A DNA stretch of 64,000 nt from Octopus sinensis. Taxonomy: Eukaryota. Below, one piece after another: positions 52,613 to 64,000 of this stretch (the stretch's first letter is position 1; the number at the start of each line of letters is the position of its first letter). The notes under the pieces are model-generated. The model had not been told where the DNA came from. It saw only the letters and a program-made list of their open reading frames with translations, and made no database searches. The position numbers were made by a program, and so were the translations under genes. The DNA is taken from positions 14,756,001 to 14,820,000 of the forward strand of contig NC_043003.1 in the NCBI RefSeq assembly GCF_006345805.1, in the 5' to 3' direction.

Positions 52613-52726
52613 TATAATATATATATATATATATTTCAACAATTGAGGGCAAAATTAATTAATATAATCAATTTCACCAAGTGTTCAGTATGCAAGGGAC
52701 CATTCAAGGCGAATTCAAATTATTAC

Positions 52727-53007
52727 ATTATATAAAAGGTCTTAGTAAAATAAATTACTTTGCCGCATACTGACTCATTAGAAATAGCAGCTAAAAAACT
52801 TTTTAAAGCTATTTCTAATACTTAAAGAAAATCTCTCTCATATGTGTTTGCTTAATTCACTCACTTTTGTGAGTTGAATTAAGCAAACACTATATGAGAG
52901 AGATTTTCTTTAAGTATTAGATAGCTTTAAAAAAGTTTTTTAGCTGCTATTTCTAATGAGTTCGTATATGCGGCAAGTAATTTATTTTACTAAGCCTTTT
53001 ATATAAT
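52727..53007. repeat. Near-perfect 280-bp palindrome (4-nt TTTT loop at 52865-52868) in a TA-anchored element starting near 52635
   Basis: Arms compared by eye; differences are mostly 1-2-bp indels. Confidence 0.9.
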
Positions 53008-53649
53008 ATATATATATATATATATAACTACAAAATTAGAAAATGGAGAAACATACTTAAATCAATCAAACATCAACCAACAGATGATACCCAATCAATA
53101 CTTTATTACACCATTACATAACAGTAAAGGCATTTTACAAAATATATTGTAAATATAATTAGACAAGGAAATAGAAATATAAAATATAAAATATAATATG
53201 TAATTATATCATATCTGACAGCCCTTCTTATCTTGTTTTTCCTTGTCCTGTCTTTTACTGTTTACAATTTGTACTGTCGTTACTGTCCTGTTGTTACCAT
53301 TTTTTACCCCTCTGCGAAAAGATCTCAGAATTTTAATTGATTTGCTTTTAGCAGGAAGGAAAGTTTTCTTGTCGAAGATACGTCTCACTTTTATCCTTCG
53401 AAACGTAGAGTAGATGAAACCTATAGCGATTAAAGAAGGGGTTTGTTCTTTGTGTTAATTGTCCTGTACTCTATTTTTTTGCTGTTTTTAAAAACATGTC
53501 CAGTTCCTTGGGTTTGTGTCTATGTCTTCATTTCTCATTGTGTTCGACGTCCTTTTGGTGTCCTGTACTCATATATGCGTATATATGTACATGTAGAGGT
53601 AGGTACGTACATATATGTTTATATATATGCATATGTTTTATTTTATTTA

Positions 53650-53690
<41 letters not shown>

Positions 53691-54835
53691 TTATTAATAA
53701 TTCTATACATAATCATAACAAGCTTCTCCACATCCTGAAAATAGATGCCAAATGATGCTAAAATTCATGTAAGGTGGCACGTTTCTGATTCCTTGTTATA
53801 ATTATGTATATAATTATTAATATAGTATTTAGAAAATTTACCTGCAAGTTTTTCTATTTTCGTACTGACTACCTGGTAAAATCATGAATGATTTTTGTCC
53901 TTTATTATATAAAAAAATTATATGTATGTATGTGTGTGTGTATATATATGTATAGAAACGTTAAAGACTTTTTCACTTCTCAAGCGTTATATTAATACAA
54001 CTGTTTGTTGTCTACACCACCTGTCTTCGTCTTTTGTTTTTTTGTGAATCCTCCCTGTATATGTATAAACATACCTTATTTGAAATGTCCTTTTTCTATG
54101 TGCTAACAAGAAAAGGATAAAACAAAATGGCATAGCTGTGTGGTTAAGAAGCTTGCTTCCCAATCATGTAGGTTTTGGGTTCTGTCCCACCGTGTGACAC
54201 TTTGAGCAAATGTATTCTACTATAGCACCTGGCCAACCACTGTTTTGCGGTAGGATTTAGTAGACGAAAACTAAAAGAAGCCTCTTTTTTTCACTATTCT
54301 CTATATTTTTACTGTAGTTAACTCTTTTAAATGAAGCATACTGTCTATGCTTTTCAATTAATTCTAAAATAATCAAGAATTTGGAGGGTTTCTGCAATTC
54401 AAGAAACATTTTCATTATTTAGTTCATTCTAAGTCTGTAAGCTGGTACAATCATAACCATGCTAGGCAAAATGTTTAGCAGAATTTCTTCCATGTTTTGA
54501 GTTTAAATTCTGCCAGATTTGACTTTGCCATCTCTTTTTTTTTGGAGTAAATAAAATAAGTACCAGTTGACCACTGGGGTTGATGTAATCAAGTTACCCC
54601 ACTCCAGAAATTACTGGCTTTGTTCCAAGCTTTGAAACCATTATTAAATTATTTTTCTAAGCCCTGTAAGGGAACTCTGAAGGTTGGGCCTCCAACCAGG
54701 CCTTTTGTAATGCCCTTAAAGCCAGGAAATGACAAGCTGGCAGAATCATTAGAACAGCAGCATTGTGTCCATCCTTATGTTCTGAGTTCAAATTCTGCCT
54801 TCCATCCTTTCAGGGGTGATAGAATCATGACACTC

Positions 54836-55213
54836 ATGGCACTCCATCGATTATGATGAGGGTTCCAGTTGATCTAATTAATGAGACAGCCTGCTTATGA
54901 AATTAACATGCAAGTGGCTGAGCACTCCACAGACACGTGTACCTTTAACTTTGTTCTCGGGGAGATTCAGCGTAACACATAGTGTGACAAGGCTGGCCCT
55001 TTGAAATACAGGTACAACAGAAACAGGAAGAAAGAGTGAGAGGAAGTTGAGGTGAAAGTGCACAACAGGGTTTGCCCACCCCCCTGCTGGAGACTTGTGG
55101 GGCTTTAGGTATTTTCGCTCAATAAACACTCGCAACACCCTGTCTGGGAATCGAAACCATGATCCTATGACCACGAGTCCACTGCCCTAACCACTAGGCT
55201 ATTACGCCTCCAC
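54836..55213 (-). mobile_element. SINE family E nested in a Nin-DC-like SINE (54730-55305)
   Basis: Minus head ggcgtaatagcctagtggttagggcagtggactcg..gtttcgattccc; tgatagaat on both sides (54817, 55216). Confidence 0.8.
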
Positions 55214-55679
55214 ATTGATAGAATGAGTACCAGTTGAACTCTGGGGTCGATGTAATCAAGTTACACCCTTCCCTGAAATCACTGGTCTTGTGCCAAAATC
55301 TGAAAGCAGTGTACAGCTTAATGAAACATATTGTCTATACTCTACATACAGGGCCAGATTAAAACCCATCAAGGCCCTAAGCACATAGAAGATTTTGGTG
55401 CCCCCATAAAAGATTATGTAATTCAAAATATAAACAATAACAAACCATAAAATAATTTTTATATTTTTCAAAATGAAACAAAAGATAAAGAGAGGGAAAA
55501 TAATGTTTATTTTTGTATATTTCCACTTTATTTATATTTGAAAAGTTTCCTCCTACTTTTTTGAATTGCAAATTCTGAAAATCCTGAAAATTAATCTTAG
55601 GTAACACATCTGTATCTATACTTAGTAGAGACAAAGGCATCCCGGATATTATTTTAGCAAGTTTAAAGTGATTTCTTTT

Positions 55680-56166
55680 GTGCTGTAAACCAGCCGGGGT
55701 CACCATGGACATCCTGTGTCAGCACAGCATCAGAACCATACTGCAGCCAGCTCTCAGCCCAGATTTGAACCCAATTGAACACCTGTGGGATGAAATTCAG
55801 AGATGGCTGAACCAGGTGGTCCCAAGGTTGACAATTCATGTGGAACCAGAGGCAGCTTTCTTCATGGTGTGGGCACAAGTGCAAATAGCTTTTGTGAACT
55901 GCCTCATACACTCCATGTACTGATGGTGTATGGCCGTTTTAAACACCTAGGGAGGGCATACACAGTATTGAATATATCACGCCCTACAATCTCAATGTGC
56001 TGGATCTTCCCACTACCAGAACATATGACAACGACCCATAGACTGTGGTCAAAGTGCATCCAAGATGTTGACTTTATCAGATTTATCAAAATTTATCTCT
56101 GGCATAATGAAATTAAAATATATTCCACAGTCACATACATCTTGCATTTCTTTTGCGGTTCAGTGT
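55680..56166 (+). mobile_element. Tc1-like transposon 3' remnant (DDE C-terminus + right TIR)
   Basis: PALSPDLNPIEHLWDEIQR = Tc1 SPDLNPIE.LW motif; terminal ttgcatttcttttgcggttcagtg. Confidence 0.8.
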
Positions 56167-56181
56167 TTTTGCTGACATAAA

Positions 56182-56404
56182 TATGAGGGGATGCTGAAAG
56201 GTTCCTGGCTTTAAGGGTATCATGAAAGGCATGGTTGGAGGCCTAACCATCCATGTTCTTTTACAGGGCTTAGAAAAACTGAAGGACTGCTGCAGTAAGC
56301 GTGTGAACCTGAGAGGGGAATATGTTGAATAAAATCATAAGTAACTGGTCCTCTTGTATGTTTCTTTTATCCAAAGTCAGGAACCTCTCAGCACTACCTG
56401 CGTA
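56182..56404. mobile_element. Mariner-like MITE (family of 50642-50862)
   Basis: tatgaggggatgctgaaaggttcctggct / agtcaggaacctctcagcactacctgcgta. Confidence 0.75.
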
Positions 56405-56504
56405 TCTATATAAATATGTGTGTGTGTGCATGTGTGTGTGAGTGCATGTGTGTGTGAGTGCATGTGTGTACAAACATACACAGAGTAATGTATATATATA
56501 TATA

Positions 56505-56900
56505 TCTTTATATATAAAAGTGAAGTTGTGTGTCTGTCTCCTACGATTTAGATTCCTAACTACTCCCACATTTTGCGGTGCAGTGTAACCAAAAGCGGGT
56601 ATCTTATAGTCATGATTCATATCGAGCCCTTCTGGGTATTAGTGCGCGTCTACAATGAGTCTACGATTTAAAAAAAAATTTACCATCATTTTTTCCCATT
56701 TTTAATGCATTTTTTGCTATTATATAAGGGAAGTAACTCTCTAAAAATGTATTATTAAATCTCAGAACGTAAAAAGCTACAGTAACACCCCTCCCTTTGT
56801 GGTTAGCCATATTGAGATGACTAATATACTTTACATCTCTAAAAATGCTTATATAATTATTTCCCTTACAAACCCGAGCAACGCCGGGCGATACTGCTAG
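56505..56900 (+). mobile_element. Non-autonomous Helitron (396 bp)
   Basis: 5' TC, 3' hairpin cccgagcaacgccggg then CTAG, inserted between A and T within (TA)n. Confidence 0.85.
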
Positions 56901-57002
56901 TATATATATATACATATACATATGTACAATGATACATAAGAACATGCATAGAACATTCATATGTACAGACTTATGAACATATGTATATACATCATACATA
57001 CA

Positions 57003-57405
57003 CAGGATTGGTTGTGTGGTAAGTAGATGGCTTACCAACCACATAGTTCCAGGTTCAGTCCCACTGCATGGCACCTTGTGTCTTCTACTATATCCTCAGG
57101 CCGACCAAAGCCTTGTGAGTGGATTTAGTAGATGGGAACTGAAAGAAGCCCGTCGTATATATGTGTGTATGTACTTATGTATGTATGTATGTATGTATGT
57201 ATGTACGTATGTATGTATGTATGTATTTGTGTGTCTGTGTTTGTCCTCCCCACCATCGCTTGACAACCAATGCAGGTGTATTTATGTCTCCGTAACTTAG
57301 TAGTTCGGCAAACGAGACTGATAGAATAAGTACTAGGCTTCCAAAGAATAAGTCCTGTGGTGCTCCAGCATGGCCGCAGTCAAATGACTGAAAAACATAA
57401 AAGAA
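57003..57405 (+). mobile_element. SINE family A
   Basis: Family match. Confidence 0.85.
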
Positions 57406-57947
57406 TAATTTATGAAAACAATATATATATACATATATACATATTTACATACACCTCCAATATATCTAACTAGAGACTCTCTGATTATACAAGTTTATCT
57501 CAGAACCATAACTCTTAAGTCCTGTTAATAATTAAGTTACATAAAATTTTCTCCTAGGATTCAACAGTTTTTAACAGTTTTATTTCATTTTATTCTTCGT
57601 TATCTATTTTAGCTGCTAATTTAAAACGATGATCTATATCATTCATTTTCGTTTTCTTTTTTTATGTTTCCAGACCTTTCCAATGACATATGTTCATTTG
57701 CAAGAATAATTTAATCAAAGCATTGTTAGATGTCTAAACTTTACCAGCATTGTCACTTTGTGTATTGAGCTGGTGTAATTGTTGACAAGTTGCTTTTATC
57801 ATGTTGATGCTATGAGTAACTACATTCTCTATACAGCATACGTATGTTTGTTGTCGTAGCTTTATTACTATTGTATAAAAATGAATATATTGTTTGTCAT
57901 TCACCCACTTCTTAATACAGGTTCCATTTATATTGATGCAGTTTCTG

Positions 57948-57994
<47 letters not shown>

Positions 57995-58204
57995 TTTTCT
58001 AAAGTAACACAGTTATGTCGTTTGTTAAATGGATGTTTTCCTCTATAATTATATATTTGTAAGTGACCTGTACATTTCTGTAGATCTGCTTGACAGTAGA
58101 TTAAATATGTGTGTAGTTGTGTGTCTGTGTGTGCGTGTGTGTGTTTGTGTATACATATATGCATACATATATATATATATACACACACATATATATATAC
58201 ATAC

Positions 58205-58249
<45 letters not shown>

Positions 58250-58324
58250 TCTATATATATGTGTGTGTGTGTGTATTTATACATATGTATATATATATAT
58301 ATGTGTGTGTGTGTGTATATATAT

Positions 58325-58500
58325 AGTTGAAATTTACAGAAAAACAAAAGATGAAGACAGGTGTATAAACAACAAGCAGGTGTATTAGTTTGATACTCGG
58401 GAAGGTGAGAAAGTCTTTTATGTTTCGAGCCTACGCTCTTCAACAGAAAGAAACATGAGGAAATAAACAGAGAGAGAGAATAAAAAATTAAAAAAAAAAA
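58325..58500 (-). mobile_element. Family H pLTR-like repeat with HHR-like motif at 58415-58450
   Basis: Minus strand cttt-ctgttga-a-gagc gtag gctc-gaaac-ata-aaag. Confidence 0.65.
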
Positions 58501-58689
58501 CAGAGTAAGTAAAAACATCATCATCATCATTATTTAGCGTCTGCATTCCATGCTGCCATGGCTTAGACAGTTTGGCTGGAACTAGTAAGCTGGAGAGCTG
58601 CATCAGGTTTCAGTCTGATTTAGTAAGATTTTGTGGCTGGATGCTCTTCCTAACATCGACCAGACAGTAAAAGGTACTTTTTGCATGTC

Positions 58690-58745
<56 letters not shown>

Positions 58746-59447
58746 ATTATTATTTGAGGGAATATTATTCCTAACTTACAGGGAAAAATTCAATTTAGAA
58801 ATACTCAATCAAATTTCACCAATATAATATATATATAAAAATTAGAAAAAAAAAACACCTTTTATCAATTCAAAATGAACAATTAAATTACACCATCTAG
58901 AAAATTACATATAATAGAAATAGTAAATATAAAATAACAATAATATACCGATGATTAAGTAATGTGCAAAATAAAATAAAAATGTATATATTTGGTATAT
59001 ATATGTACACTAACTGGCCATTAAAAATTATGGCTAATTGTAGTATTTTATTTATAAATATGGATGGTAAATCAAATACATTTGTCAATGTTATCTGGTG
59101 GTTGTCTTTTGAGATGTGACATCGATCATCATTTGTTATTTGAAAGAACGGTGGTTCAAGCAAACAAACTTTCACATACTTCCCTTGTACACGCACACAC
59201 ATATACACATATACTCACACAGAGTTGAAACATTGTTTGATTTTTCTTTTCAGCGTTGAATGTTCACCATCCCACTTCCATTGCACACACACACACACAC
59301 ACAAACATTCACATACCTCCCTTTTACAAACACACATGTACACTCACACAGAGCTGAAACACTTTGATTTTTTTCACCTCTTTCTTTCTCATTCATATGT
59401 TGTGACGGAGGAAAACACAAGGGTATTATTATAGTAGATGTATATGA

Positions 59448-59780
59448 AGGCACATGGCTCAGTGGTTAGAGCGTTGAGCTTACAATCATGAGGTAGTGAG
59501 TTCAAATCCTTAACCAGACTGTGTCTTGTGTTCTTGAGCCCGACAGTTTGTTTCACATTGCTCCAATTAACTCACCTGTCGAAATGAATTGTAATGTGAC
59601 AGGTGTCAAAATGTATCAGCTTTTACCTTTCCTTTGGACATCATTGGTGAGCAGCAAAGGGGAGACTAGCATGCATGGATGACTACTGGTCTTCCACAAA
59701 TAACCTTGCCCAGACAAATGCCCCAGTGGGGAACTTTTTGGATACAATGCCATAGTAATTCATGACTGAAGGATGTCTTT
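59448..59780 (+). mobile_element. Family D-type tRNA-derived SINE
   Basis: tggctcagtggttagagcg..gagttcaaatcc; matches 37895-38225. Confidence 0.75.
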
Positions 59781-59853
59781 TTATATATATATTTTCTTTG
59801 ATTTTTTAATATGTTTCAGCCTTGAGGCTGCAGCCATGCTGGGGCACTGCTAT

Positions 59854-59914
<61 letters not shown>

Positions 59915-59916
59915 TA

Positions 59917-60510
59917 AACATAAATTGTTATTGATCCAAACAAGTGGAAGAATAGGAAAAATGAAGTTGAAAATGCAAAGAGAATATACTCGAATTAATC
60001 AGAATTTAATTATCTTTTAAAATATAAGAAAACACTTTACCGGTTTCGTATTAGATTTTCAAAAGTGTTTAGTATATGGAGACGTGTCTCAAATTATGCC
60101 TGTTCTGGCTGTTGTTGGAAAATTAGCTTGTTTTTAAAGTAGGAATGTGACTCAGAATTCTGGGTCACATTCCTACAAATTGTTTGGTCAATATTCATAT
60201 ATTAAGCTCATCTGGCCGTCATGCAAGAAGGTAACATAAAAACTTTTCTTAATTGAATATGTCATATGACAGCTAGAAAAGAGAGATATGAATAAGTGAT
60301 GTAATAATTGTTTACATAAAACTGTAATAGATGATTAGCCACTACACACATTTTTTTTTCTCTCCTTGTTTTTTCTGTGTCCCTTTCTGTAGAAGAGCAT
60401 AGGCTCAAAACGTAAAAGATTTTTTCTATTCCTGGGCGTTATACTAATACATATGTTTGTTTTGTACACCACCTGTCTTCGTCTTTTGTTTTTTCGTAAA
60501 ATCTCCATAT
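59917..60510. mobile_element. Composite of PLE-like fragments (decayed HHR 60030-60070 -, palindrome 60139-60176, family H copy 60335-60510 +)
   Basis: Bounded by TA arrays; motifs detailed in findings. Confidence 0.55.
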
Positions 60511-60524
60511 ATATATATACATAT

Positions 60525-60755
60525 ATTCTTTTATTCTTTTACTTATTTCAGTTATGTTGATTGTGGCCATGCTGGAGCACCACCTTTTAGTTGAAGAAAT
60601 CGACCTCAGGACTTATTCTTTGTAAGCCTGGTACTTATTCTATCAGTCTCTTTTGCCAAACTGCTATGTTACGTGGATGTAAACACACCAACATCAGTTG
60701 TTAAGCAATGGTGGGGGACAAACACAGACACAAACACACAAATATATACATGTAT

Positions 60756-60791
<36 letters not shown>

Positions 60792-60930
60792 ACAGGCTTC
60801 TTTCAGTTTCCATCTACCAAATCCACTCACAAGGCTTTGGTCAGCCTGAAGCTATAGTAAAAGACACTCAAGGTGCCACTGAACCTGGAACCATGTGTAA
60901 AACAAGCATTTTATCACACAGCCACTCCTG
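60525..60930 (-). mobile_element. SINE family A
   Basis: Family match. Confidence 0.85.
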
Positions 60931-61847
60931 TACCTGTATATATATTATTTAAAACAGTTTAATTTGGCTGTCCCCATGTAACTTAAAACTTTGCAGGTTC
61001 CTATTAGAAGCCTATGAAATTTTAAGTCGTATGGTGCCAAATCAAATTGCTTCAAATAGCAATATATGTAATCCATACTAAATGTATTGAGTGCTTCTTT
61101 CTCTCATTTTGTCCACCCACTTGTCTGTATATATATACACACACATATACATATATACATATATATAGTGTATATATAAAGGGAAAGTTTACGAAAATAA
61201 GCAAAAGATGAAGGCAGGTAGAGTACAAACAAATAAATGTATTAGTATAGCGCTCAGGAATAGAAATAGAAAAAGTCTATGTGTATGCATATGTGTGTGT
61301 AAGTGTAATTGTGTGTGTGTGAGTGTGTATGTATACATTTGTATATATGTTCATATATGTGTGCATGGCCTAGTGATTCATGCATGAGTTTCCCAGTTAT
61401 AATGTCTGAGATTTATAACAGGATTATCCAGCAATGTCACCCAATGTTGCAATTCATTGGAATTGCAGCACAAGTGATCAACAAAATGTGACCAATTGCA
61501 GCATGGAATAGGCACTGACAACAATGTCATCTTCTGGCACACTTCCTTTCAAGCCTATCCACCAGTATAAATTCAGCACACCTCGACTACTTGACAGATA
61601 GCTTTGAGATGCTGCAGAGAGAGCGTTGGGAAACAGCAGAGATGAGACAGCAGATGGACAGGGGAGTAATACAGATAGCTGCTGACAACAACCACAACAA
61701 ACAATCAGCAACAACAGCTCAAGGACCTGCAGTTAACGTTTTGACTGCTTTTACAATTATGCCAAGAACAATAACATACAAACTCTCTTGATATCTTGTC
61801 GTTCATAGTAATGATGGTAATTGCTTTTTTATGTTCATTGTCGTATC

Positions 61848-62370
61848 ATCATCGTCATCATCATCGTTTAACGTCCACTTTCCATGCTAGCATAGGTTGG
61901 ACGGTTCGACCGGGGTCTGGGAAGCCAGGAGGCCACACCAGGCTCCAGTCTGATCTGGCAGTGTTTCTACAGCTGGATGCCCTTCCTAACCCCAACCACT
62001 CCATGAGTGTAGTGGGAGCCTTTTACATGCCACCGGCACGGAAGCCAGTCAAGGTGGTGCTGGCAATGGCTACGTTCGGATGGTGCTTTTTACGTGCCAC
62101 CGGCACAGGAGCCAGGTGGGGCTGGCAACGGCCACAATCGGTTGGTGCTTTTTACATGCCACCGGCACGGAAGCCAGTCGAGGCAGCACTGGCAACGGCC
62201 ACATTCGGATGGTGCTTTTTACGTGCCAGGCAAGGCTGGCAATAGCCACGATCGGTTGGTACCTTTTACATGCCACCGACACGGAAGCCAGTCGAGGCGG
62301 CGCTGGCAACGGCCACATTCGGATGGTGCTTTTCTCTTGCCACCGGCACTGGTATCACAACTACAATTTC
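61848..62370 (-). mobile_element. Family C SINE with multiple internal subrepeats
   Basis: Reverse complement of 41275-41712 type. Confidence 0.85.
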
Positions 62371-62964
62371 CATTGATTTTTTGATCGATTTTGATTTCGA
62401 TTTCGATGTCGTATGGAAAGAATAAAGGTTTTGTTTGTTAAAAATTGCAGCCTTTTCAAGTGTTCTTATTTTTGCCCAGATTTGATACTTGGATCAGACA
62501 GCATATTGCATCCCTGTATCCTTGAGCAAGTTTCTTCATTTCCTGTTACTCCAATCTATTCAGTTGAAAATGTGAGCCAGTGAGTGCTGGTGCAACCAAT
62601 TTTTCAAATAGGAAAAACAAAAAAAAAAATACTGAATAAAATGAAACAAAAAAAAAAGAAAAAGAACTGGCTGACAAGGGATGACGCCATGATGTTTTCC
62701 TAGTTCATTAAAACAAACCAATACACGTATGCATGTGACTCTGTGTGTGTGTGTGTGTGTGTCTAATTGTGTAGGCCTATGTTTGTTTTTATGTATGCGT
62801 GAGTTTCTGTGTATGCACACATGCACACGTGTGTGTGTACACAATGACAGATTTAAATATATCAGAGCAAATAAATAATTAATTAAATCAGAGAGTCAGG
62901 ATAGTGACTGATCAAATATGAAAATGATATATATCAAATTTCATTCTTTTGCATACAAATAGAA

Positions 62965-63212
62965 ATATATATACATATATACATACATACACACACGCAC
63001 ACATACATACATACATACATACATACATACATACATACATACATGTATGTATGTATGGATGTATGTATGGATGTATGTATGTATGTATGTATGTATGTAT
63101 ATATGTGTGTGTATTTATATATATACATATATATATATATACATATATATATATATTTATATATATGTATATATATATATATGTACATACATATATATAT
63201 ATATATATATAT

Positions 63213-63248
<36 letters not shown>

Positions 63249-63310
63249 ATATTATATTATATAATATATATATATATATATAATCTATATATATGTATAT
63301 ATACATACCT
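62965..63310. repeat. (TACA)/(TATG)/(TA)n array
   Basis: Read directly. Confidence 0.95.
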
Positions 63311-63487
63311 GATATACCATATAAGGTGTTTTGTCATATTTGATCTGTCTTTAGGCACAAAAATGTTTGGTAGTCTCGGATCTGATTAAATATTGTGTTC
63401 TTGTCTCCTGAAATATTACCTTTGAATTTATCATAGACTGACTTACCTACTTACTGTATTTTCTAGAAAGACGTACAAAACAATAGG

Positions 63488-63935
63488 TGCAGGTGTGGCT
63501 GTGGTAATAAGTTTGCTTCCTAAACACATGGTTTCTGGTTCAATCTCACTATGGGTTACCGTCTGCAGATGTGTTTTTCCTATGATAGCCTTGTACCAAC
63601 CAGAACATTGTGAGTAGATTTGGTGGAACAGAAACTGGGTGAAGCCTGCTGTCATCATCATCATCATCATTATTATTATCATTGTCATCATTATCATCAT
63701 TTTCATCATCACTAACATCCTCATCACCACCCTCATATCATCATTAGCAGCAGCAACAGCAGCAGCGACATCAATACCATCATTATCTATAACATCATCA
63801 TCATCAGTAGCAGCATCCTCCGCCTCTTCCTCCTCTTCTACTGCATCATTGTCATCATCATCATCATCATCAGCCTCATGATCATCATCATTGCTTTAAT
63901 GTCTACTTTTTCATGCTAGCATGGGTTAGACTGAT
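63488..63935. mobile_element. Family A head (+, 63488-63650), (CAT/CAG)n array and family C tail (-)
   Basis: gcaggtgtggctgtggtaataag; tttaatgtctactttttcatgctagcatggg. Confidence 0.65.
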
Positions 63936-64000
63936 TATGCAGTAAAAACAGAAAAGCAAGAATTTAAGTGAAAATGGGGAAGCCATCATTTGTAGAATTG

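Noticed and set aside
55348-55410. cagggccagattaa DNA-transposon-like terminus
   Set aside because: No matching second TIR or TSD found.
61420-61791. GC-richer stretch with short ORFs (61478-61714 -, 61591-61791 +)
   Set aside because: No recognisable motif or clear splice-site pair; needs BLASTX or RNA-seq.

Overview
Very AT-rich, repeat-saturated eukaryotic DNA with no host protein-coding exon, rRNA, tRNA or CRISPR array that I can support. The SINE families and extreme (TA)n/(TAA)n/(GAT)n/(CA)n density suggest a coleoid cephalopod such as Octopus (inference). Contents: (1) two long decayed R4/Dong-clade non-LTR retrotransposons (RT + CCHC + REL endonuclease; 9-2160 +, 26935-29027 -) and four 3' fragments of sister families, mostly in (TAA)n; (2) dozens of SINEs from about five families (CORE-like, Nin-DC-like, MetaSINE-like, others); (3) RTE LINE tails, Tc1 transposase remnants, mariner/hAT/piggyBac-type MITEs, a non-autonomous Helitron and a Helentron/HINE; (4) short (TA)n-anchored, often foldback elements carrying minimal hammerhead-ribozyme (HHR) motifs, as known for Penelope-like element (PLE) pseudo-LTRs. 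The standout is 51501-52230: two 172-bp inverted arms, each with an intact minimal HHR, enclose a reverse-complement copy of 259 bp of upstream genomic flank. Also notable: an HHR with extended stem II (38522-38586), a three-copy A6U-core HHR-like family, and a covarying 3'-UTR hairpin shared across Dong subfamilies. A 100-N gap lies at 15360-15459. All alignments and folds were done by eye; repeat boundaries are approximate unless a TSD is given.
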